A stretch of DNA of 7,014 bases from contig NW_021828995.1 in the NCBI RefSeq assembly GCF_006345805.1, forward strand, positions 1 through 7,014, written 5' to 3'. Source of the stretch: Octopus sinensis (taxonomy: Eukaryota). The notes beneath the pieces are model-generated. The model made no database searches and was not told where the DNA came from. It saw nothing but the letters and a program-made list of their open reading frames with translations. Positions 1 through 6,431 of the stretch are shown here, piece after piece. Made by a program: the position numbers and the translations under genes. The number at the start of each line of letters is the position of its first letter. The stretch's first letter is position 1.

Positions 1-189
1 AACAAGGACAGGCAAACGAATTAAGTCGATTACATCGACCCCAGTGCGTAACTGGTACTTAATTTATCGACCCCGAAAGGATGAAAGGCAAAGTCGACCT
101 CGGCGGAATTCGAACTCGGAACGTAGCGGCAGACGAAATACGGCTACGCATTTTGCCCGGCGTGCTAACGGTTCTGCCAGCTCGCCGCC
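1..189 (-). mobile_element. tRNA-derived SINE, family A, copy 1 (3' end runs off the window)
   Basis: Minus strand starts GGCGGCGAGCTGGCAGAACCGTTAGC. A-box-like TGGCAGAACCG at 169-179 and B box GTTCGAATTCC at 105-115. Body GCCTTTCATCCTTTCGGGGTCGATAAATTAAGTACCAG resembles a conserved metazoan SINE central domain (Meta/MESC-like, from recall). A closely similar inverted copy lies at 2014-2234. Confidence 0.88.
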
Positions 190-206
190 TTGTATATATA
201 TTTGTA

Positions 207-229
207 TCTCTCTCTCTCTCTCTCTCTCT
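207..229. repeat. (TC)n microsatellite merging into the SINE B1 tail
   Basis: tctctctc run read directly. Confidence 0.9.
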
Positions 230-617
230 TTACTCTTTTACTTGTTTCAATCATTTGACTGCAGCCATGCTGGAGCACCGCCTTTAATCGATCAACTCGA
301 TCCCGGGGCTTATTCTTTTGTAAGCCCAGTACTTATTCTATCGGTCTCTTTTGCCGAACCGCTAAGTAACGGGGACATAAACACACCAGCATCGGTTGTC
401 AAGCAATGCTAGGGGGACAAACACACACACGCATATATATATATATACATATATACGAGGGGCTTCTTTCACTTTCCGTCTCTCAAATCCACTCACAAGG
501 CTTTGGTCGGCCCGAGGCTGTAGTGGAAGACACTTGCCCAATGTGCTACGCAGTGGGATTGAACCCGGAACCATGCGGTCGGTAAAACAAGCTACTTACC
601 ACACAGCAACTCCTGCG

Positions 618-619
<2 letters not shown>
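226..619 (-). mobile_element. tRNA-derived CORE-like SINE, family B, copy 1
   Basis: Minus strand starts GGCGCAGGAGTTGCTGTGTGGTAAG, B-box-like GGTTCAATCCC, TTGGGCAAGTG (CORE-like), internal (TA)/(TG) tract, tail GAAACAAGTAAAAGAGTAAAGAG. Aligns end to end with copies at 1308-1695, 3407-3823 and 4179-4590. Resembles the octopus OR2-type SINE (recall only). Confidence 0.9.
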
Positions 620-656
<37 letters not shown>

Positions 657-669
657 AATATAAATATAT

Positions 670-706
<37 letters not shown>

Positions 707-707
707 G

Positions 708-738
<31 letters not shown>

Positions 739-756
739 TATATATATGTATATATA
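620..756. repeat. imperfect (TA)n microsatellite
   Basis: Read directly. Confidence 0.97.
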
Positions 757-799
757 CACATACACTTATGTATGTGTGAGACAATGCATATGTGCTTGC

Positions 800-1087
800 T
801 CCAGGTTCGCAGTCTTCTTGGGCCTCCTCGTTCTGAGCGGCATTTCTGACTTTCTATCCATGGCACCTCTGAAGACTATTCAGTCCCTTTGCCGTGATTC
901 ATGGTTTGAAGTATTGGTGACAGACGAAAAATTTTACTTCCTATGCGTTTCCAACCGATTAGTTCTGCACACGCCATCATCTTGTATTTGCCAATAGGAC
1001 AGCAGACGGGATAATAAATGAGGTCACCATAAAGAAACATCTGTGCATCAGCATGGCCGCAACTCTGAGCTGAAACTACAGAAAAAA
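800..1087 (+). mobile_element. probable 3' end of a decayed LINE or other retroposon (possibly RTE-like) sharing its tail with SINE family B
   Basis: Ends GTGCATCAGCATGGCCGCAACTCTGAGCTGAAAC plus an A-rich tract (1043-1087), matching the SINE B tail GTGCTCCAGCATGGCCGCAGTCAAATGACTGAAAC. The upstream frame (..RDSWFEVLVTDEKF..) only weakly recalls the W-x-x-x-A-x-D-R C-terminus of RTE ORFs. The 5' boundary is approximate. Confidence 0.5.
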
Positions 1088-1306
1088 TATAGAATAATAA
1101 TATGAAAATATATATATATATATTATATATGCATATTACATACGTTATGTACATGCTTCATCTATACGTAATATATATATTTATATATTATATATATATA
1201 TATATATATCTTATATATATATTATATATATATAATATATATATCTAATATATATATATAATATAGATATATATATATATATATACTATATATATATGTA
1301 TGTATG
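1088..1306. repeat. imperfect (TA)n / AT-rich low-complexity tract
   Basis: Read directly. Confidence 0.93.
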
Positions 1307-1307
1307 T

Positions 1308-1695
1308 GCGCAGGAGTGGCTGTGTGGTAGTAGCTTGTTTACCAACCACACAGTTCCGGGTTCAGTCCCACTGCGTGGCACTTGGGCAGTGTCTTCTACT
1401 AGAGCCTCGGCCGACCAAGGGCTTGTGAGTGGATTTTGGAGGACGGAACTGAAAGAGGTCCGTCGTATTAATGTATATATATATATATATATATATGTGT
1501 GTCTGTGTTTTGTCCCCCTAGCATTGCTTGACAACCGATGCTGGTGTGTTTATGTCCCCGTTACTTAGCGGTTCGGCAAAAGAGACTGATAGAATAAGTA
1601 CTGGGCTTACAAAAGAATAAGTCCCGGGGTCGATTTGCTCGACTAAAGGCGGTGCTCTAGCATGGCTGCAGTCAAATGACTGAAACAAGTAAAGA
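1308..1695 (+). mobile_element. tRNA-derived CORE-like SINE, family B, copy 2
   Basis: GCGCAGGAGTGGCTGTGTGG (A box), GGTTCAGTCCC (B box), CTTGGGCAGTG, internal (TA)n, tail CAGTCAAATGACTGAAACAAGTAAAGA. Reverse complement of copy 1. Confidence 0.9.
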
Positions 1696-1696
1696 A

Positions 1697-1966
1697 TGCA
1701 TATGTGGGCACAGGACGTCACGAAACGTGTACAATAAAAAACTACGAAGCACGAGTACATGGAACATGAACTATTTTTTCGAACAGCGAAATACACAAAT
1801 GGAAAACAAGCCAAAGAGCATAAAGAACGACCCTTCATCAGTTGTTGACTGTTTTTCTACTCTAGTGTTTAGAGCATTTAACAACAATATACGCTTTCAA
1901 TAAAACCGTTGCTTCCTCAAAGCAAATTAAATAAAATTCGGGAAATTGCGGATGGCCAAAATTGGT
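1697..1966 (-). other. unclassified non-coding segment, possibly a decayed Penelope-like repeat fragment
   Basis: Complex sequence bounded by a SINE and a microsatellite. The minus strand carries CTGATGA (1835-1841) and a degenerate TTGAGGA-AGCA...TGCT-CTAAAC (1867-1920). No second copy in the window. Confidence 0.25.
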
Positions 1967-2013
1967 ATATGCATATACACACGTGCGTGCGCGCGCGCGC
2001 ACACACCTATATA

Positions 2014-2234
2014 TGGCAGACACGTTAGCACACCGGGCGAAATGCATAGCCGTATTTCGTCTGCCGCTACGTTCTGAGTTCAAATTCCGCCGAGGTTGAC
2101 TTTGCCTTTCATCCTTTCGGGGTCGATAAATTAAGTACCAGTTTCGCACTGGGGTCCATGTAATCGACTTAATCCCTTTGTCTGTCCTTGTTTGTCCCCT
2201 CTATGTTTAGCCCCTTGTGGGTAGTAAAGAAATA
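2014..2234 (+). mobile_element. tRNA-derived SINE, family A, copy 2 (lacks first ~10 nt)
   Basis: TGGCAGACACGTTAGC (A-box-like), GAGTTCAAATTCC (B box, 2076-2088), same body as 1-189, ends CCCCTTGTGGGTAGTAAAGAAATA. Confidence 0.88.
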
Positions 2235-2294
2235 TATATATGTGTGTGTGATTGTACATATATTTTTATATATATTCATCTGATGAAAACAGTT

Positions 2295-2605
2295 TTTTTT
2301 CGCCTGATGTAATATTTATATTCATCAAAAACACCTCTGAAACAGCTGTAGTGAACCACAATCCATTGTTCTGTTATTTGAGTATCATTTACCTTACTTT
2401 TTTCGCCTGATGTAATATTTATATTCATCAAAAACACCTCTGAAACAGCTGTAGTGAACCACAATCCATTGTACTGTTATTTGAGTATCATTTACCTTAC
2501 TTTTTTCGCCTGATGTAATATTTATATTCATCAAAAACACCTCTGAAACAGCTGTAGTGAACCACAATCCATTGTTCTGTTATTTGAGTATCATTTACCT
2601 TACTT
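2295..2605 (+). repeat. tandem repeat, 3 x 103 bp, nearly identical units
   Basis: CGCCTGATG recurs at 2301, 2404 and 2507 (period 103). Units are 2295-2397, 2398-2500 and 2501-2603. The only difference seen is T>A at 2473 in unit 2. Confidence 0.97.
2299..2355 (+). ncRNA. degenerate minimal type I hammerhead-ribozyme-like motif (repeated at 2402-2458 and 2505-2561)
   Basis: Stem I TTCGC/GTGAA, core CTGATG(T), GAAA, palindromic stem III ACAGCTGT, GUA cleavage triplet ending at 2350. Defects: A9 is T and stem II does not close convincingly. Confidence 0.4.
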
Positions 2606-3013
2606 GGAGTTCACTTGCATCCGGAGTCTATTGAGTGCAGTACAATTGGTGCAGTGTTTGTATCCCTGTGCAACCTTGAGACTCGTTGTATATTCAGTCA
2701 GCCATTTGCGATTGTTCACACAACCGGTGTATAAGTTCGTGCTTACTTTAGAAGATACGTATTTGTCTTGAAATATCGTTTGTACTCGATAGCGATTTCA
2801 TTGAACCCGACCAAGGAGCTTTACTATTTAGGGACATAATTCACTTGAGTCCTGCAGTATATTATTCAACAAACACGATACATGTTTTCATATGCTACTA
2901 TTAGTTTGGCACGTTCTCAGCATATGAAACATATATATTTCTTATTAAATAAGCTTTTTTATTTACCAGATGGAGTATTTCTTGTTGATCTTACGATCAC
3001 GGAATAGTACACT

Positions 3014-3272
3014 GTATGTATGTATGTATGTATGTATGTATGTATGGTATGTGTGTGTGTATGTATATGTATGTATGTGTGTATGTATGTATGTATGTAT
3101 GTATGTATGTATGTATGTGTGTATGTATGTATGTATGTATGTATGTATCTATGTATGTATGTATCTATGTATGTATCTATGTATGTATCTATGTATGTAT
3201 GTATGTATGTATGTATGTATGTATGTATGTATTATGTATGTATGTATGTGTGTGTGTATGTATGTATGTATG

Positions 3273-3306
<34 letters not shown>

Positions 3307-3360
3307 TGTATGTATGTATGTATGTATGTATGTATGTATGTGTGTATGTATGTATGTATG

Positions 3361-3394
<34 letters not shown>

Positions 3395-3406
3395 TGTATG
3401 TATGTA
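3014..3406. repeat. long (TATG)n tetranucleotide microsatellite with TG and TATC interruptions
   Basis: Read directly. It is the source of the MYVC/YVCM/IHTY pseudo-ORFs. Confidence 0.98.
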
Positions 3407-3610
3407 TACTCTTTTTACTCTTTTACTTGTTTCAGTCATTTGACTGCGGCCATGCTGGAGCACCGCCTTTAGTCGAGCAAATCGACCCCGGGACTTATTC
3501 TTTGTAAGCCCAGTACTTATTCTATCGATCTCTTTTGCCGAACCGCTAGGTGACGGGGACGTAAACACACCAGCATCGGTTGTCAAGCAATGCTAGGGGG
3601 ACAAACACAA

Positions 3611-3661
<51 letters not shown>

Positions 3662-3823
3662 CATATATACGACAGGCTTCTTTGAGTTTCCGTCTACCAA
3701 ATCCACTCACAAGGCATTGGTCGGCTCGAGGCTATAGCAGAAGACACTTGCCCAAGATTCCACGCAGTGGGACTGAACCCGGAACCATGTGGTTGGTTAG
3801 CAAGCTACTTACCACACAACCAC
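3407..3823 (-). mobile_element. tRNA-derived CORE-like SINE, family B, copy 3 (lacks first ~9 nt)
   Basis: Minus strand GTGGTTGTGTGGTAAGTAGC...GGTTCAGTCCC...CTTGGGCAAGTG, internal (TA)n(TG)n, tail GAAACAAGTAAAAAGAGTAAAAAGAGTA. Confidence 0.9.
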
Positions 3824-3834
3824 GTATGTATATA

Positions 3835-3992
3835 TTTTATTTATGCGCCCTTTTCTAGCCTAGCCAGGCTCATGGACCCGGTTTCCCGGTTTCCATGGCG
3901 TATGTGTTCCCCCCAGCTGGACGGGACGCCAGTCCATCCCAGCGTTACTCAAGAAACAGGAAGAGAGAGAGAGTGAGAGAAAGTTGGGGCGA
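3835..3992 (-). mobile_element. 3' fragment of a third SINE family
   Basis: Minus strand GATGGACTGGCGTCCCGTCCAG...GGAAACCGGGAAACCGGG...GGCGCATAAATAAAA. The GATGGACTGGCG..TCCAG motif is typical of widespread metazoan SINE bodies (V-SINE-like, from recall), followed by an A-rich tail. GC-rich against an AT-rich background. Confidence 0.65.
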
Positions 3993-3993
3993 C

Positions 3994-5049
3994 ATACTCT
4001 GTAAGCGCAAGAAGGCTGCATATAGAAACAATATGATTGATGGTTTCATTTTGTTGTTTACATACAAGACGTGTTGGGCTACTGCCATTCTTTAAGATGT
4101 TGGCCTGGTAGTTTCATGTAGGTAGGCATTAAACCCTTCAGCTTCTGATTTTAAGCCAGAAGACGCAAGTCATGGATAGGCGCAGGTGTGGCTGTGTGGT
4201 AAGTAGCTTGCTAACCAACCACATGGTTCTGGGTTCAGTCCCACTGCGCGGCACCTTGGTCAAGTGTCTTCTACTATAGCCTCGGGCCGACCAAAGCCTT
4301 GTGAGTGGATTTGGTAGACGGAAACTGAAAGAAGCCTGTCGTATATATGTATATATATATATGTGTATGTGTGTGTATGTGTTTGTGTATCTGTGTTTGT
4401 CCCCCTAACATTGCTTGACAACCGATGCTGGTGTGTTTACGTCCCCGTCACTTTGCGGTTCGGCAAAAGAGACCGATAGAATAAGTACTGGGCTTACAAA
4501 GAATAAGTCCCGGGGTCGATTTGCTCGACTAAAGGCGGTGCTCCAGCATGGCCGCAGTCAAATGACTGAAACAAGTAAAAGAGAGAGTAAGGGCTTTGTC
4601 AATATCGGCATGATTACCTCTCTTCATGTATTTGCCATTGAGAGGTTTTTCTTACCATTTATCAGTAAGAATATCTTGGGCAACAGTTATAGCAAGGGTT
4701 TTCATACGCTTAGCCTTTATTGTGCTCATTTCCAGTACATCAAATTCTGAGATGCATTGTATTTGGAATTCACTTAGATATGTTCTTGTTTGTTTTCTTA
4801 CTGAATATGCGGCTTTTTCTTCTTTTCACGCTTTAAGACAAGTTTTAGCATTCTGTCATCAGAGTTTTTCAGTTAAGTGTTTAGGCCAATTGTGGCAATC
4901 TTCATTGTCAATTCAAGGTGTAAGAGTCCACGGTCACTCTCTTTTCTTGGCAAGTAAAGTCGTTCTACATCTGCCTTAGGGTGGTGCATTCTGTTCATTG
5001 TCAGCAATTTCCCTATTTTTCTGTCAAGCTTACATATTTCAGTAATTGA
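3994..5049 (-). pseudogene. decayed R4/Dong-clade non-LTR retrotransposon ORF fragment (post-RT region to CCHC zinc knuckle), interrupted by SINE B4
   Basis: Manual translation: SITEICKLDRKIGKLLTMNRMHHPKADVERLYLPRKESDRGLLHLE (HHPKADVERLYLPRKE at 4939-4986), stop at 4873-4875, a frameshift, ..DKW*EKPLNGKY..ADIDKAL / SINE / YP*LASSGLKSEAEGF, a small deletion near 4130, CLPT*NYQANILK..RLVCKQQNETINHIVSIC (4018-4071; C-x2-C-x8-H-x4-C with the first C changed to R) SLLALTEY. These motifs are characteristic of R4/Dong restriction-like-endonuclease LINEs. Confidence 0.9.
4179..4590 (+). mobile_element. tRNA-derived CORE-like SINE, family B, copy 4 (full length, inserted in the R4/Dong fragment)
   Basis: GGCGCAGG start, A box TGGCTGTGTGG 4189-4199, B box GGTTCAGTCCC 4232-4242, ACCTTGGTCAAGTG, internal (TA)(TG) tract, tail hairpin CAGTCA/TGACTG 4555-4568, GTAAAAGAGAGAGTAA tail. 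The LINE reading frame resumes on both sides. Confidence 0.93.
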
Positions 5050-5050
5050 C

Positions 5051-5292
5051 TATTACTATTATTATTATTATCTTTTTTTCTTCTTCTTTCAAATTTGCTT
5101 CCATTTCTTGCCGAGCGTCTTCCCGACTCCTAGGGCAAAGAAACTCATAGTATACATTGGTAAGCCATTAAACCAAACTCAATAGTTCGTTCATTTTTTT
5201 TTTAAGGTTAAATTAAAATACATGGGCAGTAACAGCTCTCACAGCGACAATGCTCTTCTCAATACGTGTGATGAACCAGTTAAGACAATCTT
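5051..5292 (-). mobile_element. 5'-truncated 3' end of a second R4/Dong-clade LINE: last codons, 3' UTR and (TAA)n tail
   Basis: Minus strand 5292-5239 reads KIVLTGSSHVLRRALSL*, resembling the R4/Dong ORF terminus (QK.VL.GTAHILR..LS type). About 165 nt of UTR follows, then TAATAATAA (5051-5071). Confidence 0.78.
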
Positions 5293-5343
5293 ATTGTTAT
5301 TATTATTATTATTATTATTATTGAGTGAGAGAGCAGTTCATGC

Positions 5344-5426
<83 letters not shown>

Positions 5427-5538
5427 TATCATTATTATTATTATTGTTGCTGTTGTTGTTGTTGTTATTATTATTATTAATATTATTATTATTATTATTA
5501 TCATTATTATTATTATTATTATTATTATCATTATTATT
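5291..5538. repeat. (TTA)n/(TAA)n microsatellite with a (TTG)n patch, interrupted by a 23-nt element stub
   Basis: Read directly. It is the source of the poly-I/L/N pseudo-ORFs. Confidence 0.97.
5323..5345 (-). mobile_element. 23-nt terminal stub of the element at 5539-6112
   Basis: GAGTGAGAGAGCAGTTCATGCCA versus GAGTGAGAGAGCAGTGCATGCCA at 5539-5561 (one mismatch). Both abut (TTA)n on the left. Confidence 0.8.
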
Positions 5539-6112
5539 GAGTGAGAGAGCAGTGCATGCCATCAGAGTGACACTGGGGTAAAATATACGAAGTCCAGTAT
5601 ACCCATCATGACTACCCGTCTGATAAGGGTACACTAAGCACATGCATCACAACCATATGTGCGCGACATGGTGATCTCATATCAAGATAAACAGCGCATG
5701 ACCTTGCAGGAGGGGCCCAGTTAGAATTTCTCCTGGTCGAGTAACGCATCCCACTCAAAAATTCCCTGAATAAGGGTTGTTTAAGGATGTTGAACGAAAC
5801 ATCCATGTTTCCAGAGGTGCATTATTCAAATCCCAAAGAATCCCTCTCAACACACGGCTATAATGCTCCCTCACTACTTCTGCTCGTGATCAGAGATGCA
5901 CATATCGTCAGCCATGCTCAACTGGTTAAGGTCAAACTGGGACATGCTCAACTGGTTAAGGTCAAACAACTGACAAGCAAATCTGTGGTATTGAGCAGAA
6001 TATTTGCTGTAGCCCATCTTTTATACCAAGACAAAACAATGTAGATGATAACACTTCCAATCAGTTAAGATCAGAAGCCACGAGAGCCACTGCCTGGTAC
6101 TGCATCAGGGTA
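5539..6112 (-). mobile_element. ~570-bp non-coding (TAA)n-tailed interspersed element, probably a non-autonomous retroposon
   Basis: Complex sequence sharply bounded by (TTA)n and (TTC)n. The minus strand ends CACTGCTCTCTCACTCAATAATAAT and its terminus is duplicated at 5323-5345. No recognisable ORF or pol III boxes. Confidence 0.62.
5913..5967. repeat. 25-bp perfect direct repeat, period 30
   Basis: CATGCTCAACTGGTTAAGGTCAAAC at 5913-5937 and 5943-5967. Confidence 0.95.
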
Positions 6113-6113
6113 T

Positions 6114-6190
6114 TTCTTCTTCTTCTTCTTCTTCTTCTTCTTCTTTTCTTCTTCTTCTTCTTCTTTCTTCTTCTTCTTTTCCTTCTTCTT
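6114..6190. repeat. (TTC)n polypyrimidine microsatellite
   Basis: Read directly. Confidence 0.96.
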
Positions 6191-6247
6191 TGTGTCGTAT
6201 AATGTCCCCCTCATCTCATCGTCTATACCCCTGTGCCTAATAAGATA

Positions 6248-6254
6248 TACTACA

Positions 6255-6322
<68 letters not shown>

Positions 6323-6380
6323 CGCTGCTACCACTACTACTACTACTACTGCTGCTGCTGCTACCACCACCGCCGCCACG

Positions 6381-6417
<37 letters not shown>

Positions 6418-6431
6418 TTACAACAACAACT
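6248..6431. repeat. compound (ACT)n/(GCT)n/(ACC)n/(ACA)n trinucleotide microsatellite
   Basis: Read directly. Confidence 0.96.

Noticed and set aside
44-412. Apparently paralogous ORFs (MRNWYLIYRP.. at 44 and 2149; MSSNARGT.. at 396, 1534 and 3580; MTTDAGV.. at 3586 and 4415)
   Set aside because: The similarity comes from repeated SINE copies. The frames cross element boundaries and microsatellites, and many use non-ATG starts.
803-997. Host exon after TTGCTCCAG in ORF 746-997
   Set aside because: Weak polypyrimidine tract, no recognisable protein, and the segment ends in a retroposon-type tail. Not fully excluded without RNA-seq.
2275-2300. Perfect CTGATGA (2280-2286) as another hammerhead core
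   Set aside because: No GAAA follows the short AAAC/GTTT stem. It sits in a TTCATC-T-GATGAA palindrome and looks like a junction scar at the array edge.
2295-2605. CRISPR array
   Set aside because: Units are contiguous and near-identical with no unique spacers, there are no cas genes, and the context is eukaryotic.
2970-3586. Long MYVC/IHTY-repeat ORFs
   Set aside because: Translations of the (TATG)n microsatellite, open in several frames at once.
4179-4250. Functional tRNA genes at SINE heads (also 100-189)
   Set aside because: A and B boxes are present, but I could not fold a canonical cloverleaf and each head continues into a SINE body.
4415-4979. Plus-strand ORFs 4415-4750 and 4626-4979
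   Set aside because: Antisense shadows of the minus-strand R4/Dong remnant plus SINE sequence.
5222-5643. Poly-Leu/Ile/Asn ORFs resembling membrane proteins
   Set aside because: Translations of (TTA)n.
6030-6112. HDV-like ribozyme at the 5' end of the TAA-tailed element
   Set aside because: Only one hairpin found; the P1/P2/P3 nested pseudoknot and catalytic C could not be assigned.
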